The notes beneath the pieces were generated by a model. The model saw nothing but the letters and a program-made list of their open reading frames with translations, did not search any database and was not told the origin of the DNA. This document shows positions 7,489-16,624 of a stretch of DNA of 54,145 nt, piece after piece. The position numbers were made by a program, and so were the translations under genes. This DNA comes from a virus. Taxonomy: Duplodnaviria; Caudoviricetes. The stretch is taken from positions 1 to 54,145 of IMG/VR virus record IMGVR_UViG_3300010366_000002. The stretch is one strand, 5' to 3'. Each line of letters begins with the position of its first letter. Within the stretch, counting starts at the first letter, position 1.

Positions 7489-9705
7489 TTATTGCGCCCC
7501 CGTCCGATGCCGTATACGCCCGGCCAGAGCGCGGTACAGGGCTAACACGTTCGCATCGCTGAGAACCTGCGTATAGAGGCGCACGTCATCGAGCGTGCCG
7601 GTGCCAGTGACGACAAAGCCCGTCTTGTTCCAGCGACCGGCCTCAAACGCGACGTTGGTGAGCGTGCTGGAAGGCGCGCTAAACGGCCCCTGCGACGCCT
7701 TCAGTTGGCCGTTAATCCAGATTTTCCCGGCGCTGCTATTGCCCGCACCGCTTACCACGACATGGGTCCAGGTACCCAGATAGGGATGAAAGTCGGTATA
7801 CATCGAGCCGGGACCCCCTGGGCCGGAATCATCCCAGGTGCCATACTGCCAGTACAGCGTGCCGCCACAGGACACGCACACCCCCATCAAATTGGGCGTG
7901 ACACTGCCAAAGCCCAGACCTGGTCCATAGGTCGACCCGTCCGTGAGGACCCAGAACGCCAGCGTCACATCCTGATTCGCCGGCCAGCTCTCCAGGGTCG
8001 TCGCCACATAGCCCCCGCTTACCGCGATGCCAATGCCCTTGGCACCGACACGCCCCCCCACGTGGAGCGGCGGCGACGAGCCACTGAGCGCAGTAAGCGT
8101 GCCCGGATGCAGCGGGGGATCATGGATGGCCGAGTCCGCCGCACTGGTCCCCGTCGTCTCATCGAGACGCCAGTAGACATAGAGCTCCTGCGGGAGCGCG
8201 GGAGGGGCGGTGGTGCCGGCAAATTCCCAGGCGCCCATATCTGGTGCTCCCGTCCGTGTCGCACCACTGATGTCAGTCGTAATGCCCACGGCGGCACCCG
8301 TATTGACGGCGGGGCTGCTGGACTGGAGCTGAAACCATTCCCTGCCGCTTTGCCCCGCGGGCGCGCGATTATAGTCCAGACTCGGGTCGATATCCTGGTT
8401 CGGCAGCACATGGACAAACAGGGGATTGGGAGCCTCGCAGCCCACAGTGCCACAGTTCAGATTCGGGGTAATGGTATTTGTCCCGCTGCCTTCGCCGGTA
8501 TTGGAGATGGAATCATCATACGTCGTCATGCTTACCCGCATGGCCGTATTGCGCCACAAGAGGTTGTTTTCGACCAGGTTATTGTTGGCATTTGACGCCG
8601 CGCAGGCCCCGCCAGGGATGGGGGATCCGGCCCAGCCCCCCAGCAAAATGCTGTGATCGCAGGCGCCCCCTGACTTCAGATTCGCGTACACAATCGTGTT
8701 GTGGTACATCTGGTTGGTGTTGGCCTGCACATTGGAACAATTCTGGGCGAGGACAAAACCGCCCCCGTCGTGGGTTTGCCCATCATTCATGGTCGAGTGG
8801 AGGGGGCCGACACCCGTACGAAACAAAATATTGTTGTAGATTTGGTTCTCACTCCCGCAAATGAGCACCGGTCCGCCCGTATCATGGAAATAATTGTTGC
8901 GCAGGACATTGCGGTGGAAGTGATCGCCGGTGGAATAGCCATGAAACGCAAACCCGGTGGTGCGCGTAAATTCATTGCGCTCAAAGAGATTGTCACTGCC
9001 GCTAATATAGACGCCATAGGAAAAGACCGCCCAGTTCAAGGGACTACTGTTATCGCACATCGTCACTGGCGTGTTCGGGCCTACCCCAATATCATGAATA
9101 TAGTTATCGGAGAAGGTATAGAAGGCGCCATTGCCTTCCTGCCCAAAGCCGATAGTAAACGAGTCTGTATTGCCAGTCGTGCAGCCTCCCTCGATTTCAT
9201 TGTTAATGAACACAATATCATGCACGGATCCCGCGGCACACGGACCACCCCAACTCGTCGCGGCGCCGGCTTTGTTGAGAGGAATTTTGAAATGGAGGCC
9301 ATCCATGGTGACGTAATTCTTGGCAACGCCATCATCTTGGGTCGTACAGTTGGTAGAACGTTTCCCATTGCTCGTGAGGGTAGACGCCACGCCGAGCGTA
9401 TCCAGGATTGCTTGGCGCTTGTTGTCGGCTTTGAGTATCGTCGGCCGCCCGGAACTCCCCGCCGGGAGCACGTCATCCAGGGCCTCATGATAGATCCCAT
9501 CTAACAACACCAGGGTATCGCCCGAAGCCAGGCAGGAGGCACCTTTATTGGCACTATTGGCCGGGGTCCCGCGATTGGTGGCGGCTGAACAGTTATTATC
9601 CGGACCGCCAGGGCTGGCATAATAGGTTGTGGCCACACCGACGGACGCCTGGAGGAGCAGCCCGGTGGCGAGGAGCCAGAACACCCACGTGCGTCGTCGC
9701 ATCAT
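7489..9705 (-). CDS. Signal-peptide protein: right-handed beta-helix (pectin-lyase-like) + C-terminal LamG domain
   Basis: MMRRRTWVFWLLATGLLLQASVGVA-TTYY; NYFHD/NNILF repeats; PDMGAWE; YWRLDE...LDDVRLYTQVLS. Confidence 0.85.
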   Translation of the reverse strand: MMRRRTWVFWLLATGLLLQASVGVATTYYASPGGPDNNCSAATNRGTPANSANKGASCLASGDTLVLLDGIYHEALDDVLPAGSSGRPTILKADNKRQAILDTLGVASTLTSNGKRSTNCTTQDDGVAKNYVTMDGLHFKIPLNKAGAATSWGGPCAAGSVHDIVFINNEIEGGCTTGNTDSFTIGFGQEGNGAFYTFSDNYIHDIGVGPNTPVTMCDNSSPLNWAVFSYGVYISGSDNLFERNEFTRTTGFAFHGYSTGDHFHRNVLRNNYFHDTGGPVLICGSENQIYNNILFRTGVGPLHSTMNDGQTHDGGGFVLAQNCSNVQANTNQMYHNTIVYANLKSGGACDHSILLGGWAGSPIPGGACAASNANNNLVENNLLWRNTAMRVSMTTYDDSISNTGEGSGTNTITPNLNCGTVGCEAPNPLFVHVLPNQDIDPSLDYNRAPAGQSGREWFQLQSSSPAVNTGAAVGITTDISGATRTGAPDMGAWEFAGTTAPPALPQELYVYWRLDETTGTSAADSAIHDPPLHPGTLTALSGSSPPLHVGGRVGAKGIGIAVSGGYVATTLESWPANQDVTLAFWVLTDGSTYGPGLGFGSVTPNLMGVCVSCGGTLYWQYGTWDDSGPGGPGSMYTDFHPYLGTWTHVVVSGAGNSSAGKIWINGQLKASQGPFSAPSSTLTNVAFEAGRWNKTGFVVTGTGTLDDVRLYTQVLSDANVLALYRALAGRIRHRTGAQ

Positions 9706-9716
9706 GATCCCCTTTC

Positions 9717-12700
9717 TTAGTTGGCGGTGACGCGGTGGCTGACGCGCCGCCCGCCGCCCGCCTGGCGAAATTCGCTCTGGATTTCCGCCGCAGAAAGCGC
9801 CCGGTTCCAGACTTTCAGCTCATCGATGAGGCCGCTCCAGGGCTGGTTACCGTTTTCAAAGCCACAGACTTCGAACAGCCCCGCTGGCGCCCGCAGCGCG
9901 GCGCTATTGCTCACGACGGTACTGGGCTGACCGTTGATATAGAGACGCAGCGTCAGGGCCGGCGTCTCAAACGAGACGGCCACATGCACCCACTGATTGG
10001 GCGGCAGGGGGTTACCGGGAATCTGGACGGCATCGTAGGCGCCAGCCGATTGGTGGTGAAACCCTGCCTGCCTGGCTGAGGCCGTGATATGGTCCCAGGA
10101 AAAGCCAAACTGGTCCCCCCCGGCGCTGCCATTGATGAAGGGGGCGCTAATGGTACTGGAGCCAGGGACCTGGGGGCTCTGGAGCCAGGCCATCCACGTA
10201 TACGCAGAGAGCCCCGTGAGCACGGAGGTGGTACCTCGTCCAGCATTGCCCTGACAGTGCAGGGAGGAGTTGCCGACCTTGGCCGGCCCCCATGCTACCC
10301 CGGTACTGAGGGTGAGATCGTGGCCGTGGTTCGTGCTATCGGCGGCAGTGGTGCCGCTGCCCTCATCAAAGCGCCACCAGGCAATGGGGGTAGTCAGCAT
10401 CGCCGACCCGGCGGCTTCCCAGGCACCGACGTCCTGGCTCGTACCCTGCTGGCGCGGATTGCCACCGTAGTCGGTGGTAAAGCCACTGAGCGTAATGTTC
10501 ACTCCCGTATCAATGCCCGGCGAGGCCGGCGGCCCGAGACGCAACTGAAAATCTGGCGCAGTGACGGGAGAACTGGTGACAAAGAGCGGATCGCCATAGA
10601 GGGGCGTGGTAGACCCCGTGACGAGATTATGATCCATCGTGGTGCCCGTCGAGCCCCCGACCACACTGAGAGCGTCACTGTCGTTTTGCCAGCACAGATT
10701 ATTGCGCAGGGTGACGCTGTTAGCGGGACCAGCGCTCGGCCCGCTCGCCACCCCGACCTGCATACAGGGGCCCGTCCCATGCACGATCGTGTTGTTGTAG
10801 AGGAGATGCCCGCTCGACGTCTGGCTGGAACAGGTACCCCCCAGCACCAGCGTGCCGGTCTGTGGCGCCACGCCGTAGCGACCGATCTGGCTCAGGATAT
10901 TGTCGGTAAACTGGAGGTTCTGCATCCCACAGCCGAGGGTCACCGGGCCGCCACTATCGTGGAAAAAGCTCTGCGTGATCGTATTGCTGCTGCCTGGCGG
11001 CTGCGACACATCCACCGGCGCCATGGCGGCACCCTGGCACTGCTCCACCTCGACGCCGGCCACTATCGAGGTGCCCCCACTGTGCGCCAGGCACACACTA
11101 CAGACATTCGTCGCGCTGGCGTCATAACCAATATGATGAATATGGCTGTTTTGCAACACGATCGCCCGTTCAGCCCCCGAGGTCACAACGCCACTGGAGG
11201 CCTGGCCCGCAGTGCAGGTCTGGGCATTGTTCGGGATATGGTGGATGTCCAGATTCGTCAAGGTGAGGTCATGCGAGCCCCCCGTCACCGCCACACCCTG
11301 CATGCGCGCGCCCTGGGGCAGGAGGGAACCATCGAGGACGAGCCCATCCACCGTCATAAAACTTTTGCCGCCCGGCGTGTTGGCCCCGATGCTCACCAGG
11401 GCCCTGGTGGGCGGCAGCGTGCTGGGGCGCAGGGTGGCACCACCCGGCGCGGCCGCCTGCACCACCGTCGGGGCCCCCGCCTGCCCGGAGGGAATGCCGT
11501 CTTCGATCCACTGCGCATAGACGCCATTCTGGACGATGACCTTGTCACCGGACATGAGGCAACTGAGGACCCCCGGTGCGGTGGGACTTACGTCCTGGAA
11601 GGTGGCCTTGGCCGTGGTCGAATTGCGCGCCGCTACGCAGCTATTGCTGTTCGAGCCGTTTGGGGCGATATAGTACGTCAAGGGGCCCGCGGGGCCGCCT
11701 TCCGGGACGGAATCACTACAGGTGCCGTGGACATAGCACGGATCAACGACTTTGAGGTAGGGAGCCAGGTTTTTCCAGTCCAGACCCATGGGGATATTCC
11801 ACTGGCCATTGCCGCCCCAGGTCCCCCCATTGGCCACCATCCAATCGCGCCAGGCGGAACAGCCATTGGGACTACAATCTTGATCCGAGCCGGTCTGCGC
11901 GCGGTGGGCGTGGAGGAAGGGTAAATTATCTTCAATCATCGGCTGCGTGATATAGGGCCGCCCACCGCCCGTATCCAGGGCCACAAAGCCATGTTCATGG
12001 GCCGCATAGGCAAACACTTTGAGGAAGGGCGGAATCCAGTCGGGATGATCGATGGTCATTTGGTCAATCTGCGCCCGCGACAGATCCAGAAAGACGTGCA
12101 CGCCCTGCGGCAGCCCAACGACCCCCCCAGTACAGGGCGCCGCAGTCGTGGCCGGCCAGCGTCCCATGACATCTTGCACACAGCCGACAAACAGATGCAG
12201 CATATGATTGATTTCGCCGTTGACGACCACTTCTTGATAGGTCGCCGGCAAGGCGATCATGGCATCGCCGGCGTTGATATTGCCGCCGTTGATGCCCAGG
12301 GAATCCGTAATATGCGTGATGGCGAGCCCGCCTGGCCCGCCACAGTTCACCTGGGTTTGGCAATAGGCCTCGGTGAGCACATCGCCGTCTTGCCAGTCCC
12401 GGTTAGGCGGTTGACACCCGTGCAGATCAATCACGGTGCCGTCGGGTTGCAGAATGCCGCCATGCTGATCACTGTCGCCGCAGACTTCGCCCGAGGTGCG
12501 GGCATAGGGCGGAATGTGAAAGCTCACCGACCCCTGATAGGTGATCGGGGGATACTGCCCCACCGGGACCCCCCGCGCATCACTACAGCCATAGGTGGCG
12601 GCGCCACACGGAAAGGTCACGAGCGGATCGGACATCGAGGCCCGGTAAAACGGATGATTGCCCGTACCCATATTGCTATTAATAGGAATCATCGCCGAGG

Positions 12701-13004
12701 TCGAAATATAATTTTCGCCGGAGGGAAAGGGGAAGGCCGAGCCCGAGTTGGCGGCGTAGTATTGTTGAAAATACGTAGTGGCCGCACTGTCAATGTTGGC
12801 GGGATGTTCGGGCAGGCGCACGCGCCAGGGCAGATAGGGGTAGGAACAAAAATCGGTCGGGAGGCCCGTGGGGGACAGATCACTGATTTTCGTCCAGTTG
12901 TTGGGGGAGCAGGGGATCGTCTGCGCCGGTGTGACCGTTAGCGTGAGCAGGCCGAAGCAGCCCCATACCCCCAGCAACACGGCGCGCAGAGAGCCCCGCC
13001 TCAT
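9717..13004 (-). CDS. Signal-peptide protein: unknown N-domain + beta-helix + LamG (1095 aa)
   Basis: Start at ATGA overlap 13004 (MRRGSLRAVLLGVWGCFGLLTLTVTPA); TYYIAPNGS; DVGAWE; WWRFDEGSG...IDELKVWNRALS. Confidence 0.85.
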   Translation of the reverse strand: MRRGSLRAVLLGVWGCFGLLTLTVTPAQTIPCSPNNWTKISDLSPTGLPTDFCSYPYLPWRVRLPEHPANIDSAATTYFQQYYAANSGSAFPFPSGENYISTSAMIPINSNMGTGNHPFYRASMSDPLVTFPCGAATYGCSDARGVPVGQYPPITYQGSVSFHIPPYARTSGEVCGDSDQHGGILQPDGTVIDLHGCQPPNRDWQDGDVLTEAYCQTQVNCGGPGGLAITHITDSLGINGGNINAGDAMIALPATYQEVVVNGEINHMLHLFVGCVQDVMGRWPATTAAPCTGGVVGLPQGVHVFLDLSRAQIDQMTIDHPDWIPPFLKVFAYAAHEHGFVALDTGGGRPYITQPMIEDNLPFLHAHRAQTGSDQDCSPNGCSAWRDWMVANGGTWGGNGQWNIPMGLDWKNLAPYLKVVDPCYVHGTCSDSVPEGGPAGPLTYYIAPNGSNSNSCVAARNSTTAKATFQDVSPTAPGVLSCLMSGDKVIVQNGVYAQWIEDGIPSGQAGAPTVVQAAAPGGATLRPSTLPPTRALVSIGANTPGGKSFMTVDGLVLDGSLLPQGARMQGVAVTGGSHDLTLTNLDIHHIPNNAQTCTAGQASSGVVTSGAERAIVLQNSHIHHIGYDASATNVCSVCLAHSGGTSIVAGVEVEQCQGAAMAPVDVSQPPGSSNTITQSFFHDSGGPVTLGCGMQNLQFTDNILSQIGRYGVAPQTGTLVLGGTCSSQTSSGHLLYNNTIVHGTGPCMQVGVASGPSAGPANSVTLRNNLCWQNDSDALSVVGGSTGTTMDHNLVTGSTTPLYGDPLFVTSSPVTAPDFQLRLGPPASPGIDTGVNITLSGFTTDYGGNPRQQGTSQDVGAWEAAGSAMLTTPIAWWRFDEGSGTTAADSTNHGHDLTLSTGVAWGPAKVGNSSLHCQGNAGRGTTSVLTGLSAYTWMAWLQSPQVPGSSTISAPFINGSAGGDQFGFSWDHITASARQAGFHHQSAGAYDAVQIPGNPLPPNQWVHVAVSFETPALTLRLYINGQPSTVVSNSAALRAPAGLFEVCGFENGNQPWSGLIDELKVWNRALSAAEIQSEFRQAGGGRRVSHRVTAN

Positions 13005-14527
13005 TGTAAAATCGCCTCGAAGTTTCCGATGAGCATCTTGGCGGTACCCCCAGCCAGCGCGATATTGAAATCCAGCGAGCAGGGCTGCACCGGACAGGTC
13101 GCTCCGGCGCTGCCTGGCGTCACGGGTTGCAGGATGGGCAGCGGCGTGGCGAGGGCACACGTGGCGAAGGTCGTCGTGCCGCAGGTACACGCTCCCGTCA
13201 CCACTGAGGTGGCACTCTGGCCCGTGAGGATAGGCTGTATGGTGAGCGTCCCCGCATCCACCCGACACGACAGCGCGAGGATTTTCAGCGGTCGGCGATA
13301 CATGTTGGTCCAGACCGTTGGGGAATCGTTGCCATCGAGCAGGGGTGGCGACGACGCCTCGGGATCCCCCACGAACAACGAGAAGGGGCGCAGTTTTAAG
13401 TAGTCTTCCGGCGTCCCATCCCACAACTTCCATTTGGTCGCAGTGGCGTCATACCACACCGGCTTACAGAGCTTCGGGGCAATGGTCACATCATCCGTGA
13501 GGTCAAACTGATTGCCAGCCGCTGAGCCGCTATCGAGCGTGCCCAGGACCACAGGATTGGTGGGACCCACGTTACACATATTTTTGATCGTGCCATCTGA
13601 GAGCCCGGTTGAGGCCAACCCGGTAATGCGGCAACTGGTAATTGAGCAGGTGATGCCGATAATCGTGGCGGTGCCAAAGGTGGGGGGACCCGTCGGGTTC
13701 CAATCGTTCGTGGTCGCGCTTGAGAGGGTGACAGCCAGACGACCGGGGAAGGCAAACTGGCCGCCCGCCTTGACCACGGTCGGATTCGGGAAGGTGCCAC
13801 TGAGATCGCCTCCGGCCGCACCACTGATGGGGACGGAGAGTCCCGTGAGATCGCTCGACGTGAGCAGCCGGCACGTCCAGGCCGCCGGGCCGCCCGAGAC
13901 CGGGCCGGCGAGGACACAGTTGTTGGAAACATTGGCTTTCCCCACGGCAAACACGCCACTGGTGGTAATGGCCGTAGCGGGGGTGACCGTGAACACGTCG
14001 GCCGGCATGGTCACCTGGAGACTGGTCATCGTACCTGAACCCGCGCCGGGCGGCGCCGAGTACTGCGTATTCAGGAAGTCCACCAGACTGGTTTGCCCAT
14101 TGGTCGTACTATCATCGTTGAGCGTGCCGATCACAAAGCCCGGCGACGGCACCGTGTCGCTCTGATGACAGCGCCCCCCGGTACCGACCACGACGGCACT
14201 TCCGCCCTTGCCGGTAGTCGTGTTATCGAACACACACGGGCCTTCGCCGCTGAGGATATACACGGCGGACCCGGTAATACCGGCGTTCGCATTCACGACA
14301 TACAGGGGAATGGTGGTATCAGTGGGCGTTGCCACCACCAGCTTGGCTTTGCCTCCGGCCCCACCGCTGACCTTCTTGGCAAGAAAGTTCAGGGTCGTCC
14401 CTGTCGTTGTATCATTGGGCAACGTGCTAAAGGACGTATTGCTTTTCTGAGCCGAGCAGACCGGGGCCATGCAGAGCAAGGCCATCAGCAGGGCAAGAAG
14501 CAGCCATCGTGGTGTAGGCATATGCAT
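13001..14527 (-). CDS. Signal-peptide, Cys/Thr/Gly-rich fibre-like protein
   Basis: MPTPRWLLLALLMALLCMAPVCSA-Q; fibre motif GAAGGDLSGTFPNPTV; many Cys. Confidence 0.8.
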   Translation of the reverse strand: MHMPTPRWLLLALLMALLCMAPVCSAQKSNTSFSTLPNDTTTGTTLNFLAKKVSGGAGGKAKLVVATPTDTTIPLYVVNANAGITGSAVYILSGEGPCVFDNTTTGKGGSAVVVGTGGRCHQSDTVPSPGFVIGTLNDDSTTNGQTSLVDFLNTQYSAPPGAGSGTMTSLQVTMPADVFTVTPATAITTSGVFAVGKANVSNNCVLAGPVSGGPAAWTCRLLTSSDLTGLSVPISGAAGGDLSGTFPNPTVVKAGGQFAFPGRLAVTLSSATTNDWNPTGPPTFGTATIIGITCSITSCRITGLASTGLSDGTIKNMCNVGPTNPVVLGTLDSGSAAGNQFDLTDDVTIAPKLCKPVWYDATATKWKLWDGTPEDYLKLRPFSLFVGDPEASSPPLLDGNDSPTVWTNMYRRPLKILALSCRVDAGTLTIQPILTGQSATSVVTGACTCGTTTFATCALATPLPILQPVTPGSAGATCPVQPCSLDFNIALAGGTAKMLIGNFEAILQ

Positions 14528-14530
14528 CTC

Positions 14531-15451
14531 CTAACGGAAAAAAGGAAAGAACTGCGCAGGGTTTCCCACTGCTGGCCCCCGCATGACACTCGGCAGCGGG
14601 GTGGTAAAGAACGCCACGGAGCCCGTCTGCGTCGTCTCATACACCCGGCGCACCTCCAGGTCCGACAGCGCCCGGCGCCACACCATCGCCTCATCGACCG
14701 CACCGTTAAAGTACCAGCCAGGCGTGACGCAGCAGGCTCCGCCGATATTCCAGGGCGTTAAGGGATAGGGGTAAAAAAAGGCATAGCTGGACTCGCTGCT
14801 GAGCGTCTGGGCGTCGCCGTTGACGTACATCGCCATATCCGACGTGCCCTGGGTAGCCGCGGTATAGATCAGGCACCAGTGCTCCCACACCCCCGCCGTA
14901 AACTGCCAGGACCCGGTTGACCAGCGCACCGACTTATAGAAGCCGCCGGTATCGCCCAAGACAAATTTGGGATTGGAGCCCGACAGGGCATAGAAAAACC
15001 CAATGCCCTGTTGGGCGTTTGAGCCATCCATCCCCCCGATGACCAGTTGCGTCCCGGTGAGAATAGTGACTGGTCTGAGCCACACGCAGAGGCTGAGGGG
15101 CTGCGTGTCCGTCGTAAAAGTATCCTGGGTCCCCCCGGTGGTGTAGTCCGTGGTGCCGTTAAACGTCAGTTGTGCGAGCGAGGTGCGCCGCGTCGCCCCA
15201 CTCCAGCCACTCGTGGCACTATAGCCCATATTCGTGAGCACCAGATGTGTGAGCGATCCGGGCATGAGGTCATAGAATTTGTTCCCCCCAATGAGGCCGG
15301 GCACCGGGCGCCACCAGTGCACAAGCTGTTTCAGCAGCGGGTGCGTGAGATCCGGGACGGACGACGTCCAGCCGAGTCCCGGCCATTGCGGCAGCGCCGG
15401 GAGCGGCAGCAGCAGCCAGAGAATGAGTGTGATAATGATATAACGTTTCAT
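14531..15451 (-). CDS. Signal-peptide LamG/concanavalin A-like domain protein
   Basis: MKRYIIITLILWLLLPLPALP-Q; LTFNGTTDY, FNGAVDEAMVWRRALS. Confidence 0.85.
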   Translation of the reverse strand: MKRYIIITLILWLLLPLPALPQWPGLGWTSSVPDLTHPLLKQLVHWWRPVPGLIGGNKFYDLMPGSLTHLVLTNMGYSATSGWSGATRRTSLAQLTFNGTTDYTTGGTQDTFTTDTQPLSLCVWLRPVTILTGTQLVIGGMDGSNAQQGIGFFYALSGSNPKFVLGDTGGFYKSVRWSTGSWQFTAGVWEHWCLIYTAATQGTSDMAMYVNGDAQTLSSESSYAFFYPYPLTPWNIGGACCVTPGWYFNGAVDEAMVWRRALSDLEVRRVYETTQTGSVAFFTTPLPSVMRGPAVGNPAQFFPFFR

Positions 15452-15452
15452 A

Positions 15453-16031
15453 CTATTGCTGCTCAGGAGGAACAGGAGTGAAGGCGCAACTGCTTGTATT
15501 TACTACGTTCTGCGTCGGCAATGTGGTACCGTTCCAGACAGCAGGACTAAAATACCTCGTGGGGATCCAGGCCATCCCGGAGGCCGTCATTGTGGTATTG
15601 GTCGCGGTCTGATCGACAATCACCGTGCCTACCAGTTTGAGGTCGCGGCGCTTATCGGCGGACGCCAGGGTACCGTTGGTCGTACCCAGGGCGCCATCGG
15701 CGTAGGTGCCATCACTCCAACTTACATAGATCTCGATCTGTGCGCCGCCGACGTTGGTCCCCGTCAGGGTAAAGGAACAGGCCCACATCCACTGGCCGGG
15801 CTGCGCGCCCGCGCCTTTGTCATGCCTCGCCCCGTAGACGCCAGTGAGGCTAGCGAGGTTTTGCAGCACCATAATATGCGTTGACCCGCTGTCGCTATAG
15901 GTAATAGGCGTTCCTGGGTGCACATATTGGGGACTAACGGCACCAAAACTCAGAGACGATAGGGAATCAATGCCAACCACCAGGCATATCGCACACAGAA
16001 GCAATCTATATCTCATTGATTTTCCTATCAT
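15453..16031 (-). CDS. Signal-peptide beta-rich hypothetical (tail-associated) protein
   Basis: MRYRLLLCAICLVVG... hydrophobic N-terminus; operon coupling. Confidence 0.75.
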   Translation of the reverse strand: MIGKSMRYRLLLCAICLVVGIDSLSSLSFGAVSPQYVHPGTPITYSDSGSTHIMVLQNLASLTGVYGARHDKGAGAQPGQWMWACSFTLTGTNVGGAQIEIYVSWSDGTYADGALGTTNGTLASADKRRDLKLVGTVIVDQTATNTTMTASGMAWIPTRYFSPAVWNGTTLPTQNVVNTSSCAFTPVPPEQQ

Positions 16032-16624
16032 TTTGGCCTATTACCAGTGAGCGCGTAATACACATCCAGCGCGGTTAGGGACCCCACATAGACCATGGTT
16101 GCGGGCGTTGCCTGCTGGCCACCCCCTGCACTCGTATCCGCAAACAGGGCTTCGCCGCGCAGGGCCTGACGCTTGGAAATCGCATAGAGATAGCTGCGCT
16201 GGGTCGCCGAAGCCCCGGTACCACTGAAGATCTTGTCGTAGGCACTCCTGACCTGCGCTAGGGAAGGATTAATCTGGCCCGAGCGGTTCATCACCTCCCA
16301 GCCGTCACGCTCCTGCACACTCTGCCCAATGTAGGTCGTCCAATTCCAGGTAGACCCGTCATAGGCTGTTGCCTCATAGATGTCTTTTTCTGCGAGCTGG
16401 ACCTTCCACACCCAGAAGGCCGACTGTACCACGTTGTAGGCGTCGGCTATGGCCGCATGGTGGGCTGCGGCCACGAGCGTCGCGAATTCTGCCTGGTTGG
16501 TAACCGTAATATCCGTATTCAGGGCCTTGTACTGAGCATCGCTTAATCCCTGGCCATACCCTGGCCTGTACAAGCAGAGCAGCACAAGGAATGGCGCGAT
16601 GATGAGGAGATGTTTTGTGCGCAT
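16028..16624 (-). CDS. Signal-peptide hypothetical (tail-associated) protein
   Basis: [39 protein letters not shown]. Confidence 0.75.
   Translation of the reverse strand: MRTKHLLIIAPFLVLLCLYRPGYGQGLSDAQYKALNTDITVTNQAEFATLVAAAHHAAIADAYNVVQSAFWVWKVQLAEKDIYEATAYDGSTWNWTTYIGQSVQERDGWEVMNRSGQINPSLAQVRSAYDKIFSGTGASATQRSYLYAISKRQALRGEALFADTSAGGGQQATPATMVYVGSLTALDVYYALTGNRPK

Noticed and set aside
9712-9721. 10-nt match to guide A (CTTTCTTAGT) as a self-target
   Set aside because: Too short and not preceded by the CCAY-type target tetramer; could be chance
10089-11924. 611-aa plus-strand ORF and similar long antisense ORFs (e.g. 7705-8595, 11991-12941, 25868-26884)
   Set aside because: Shadow frames of GC-rich minus-strand genes with no motifs
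13005-13433. N-terminal extension of the 1238-aa ORF
   Set aside because: Overlaps the upstream gene; ATGA-coupled start with signal peptide at 13004 is more plausible
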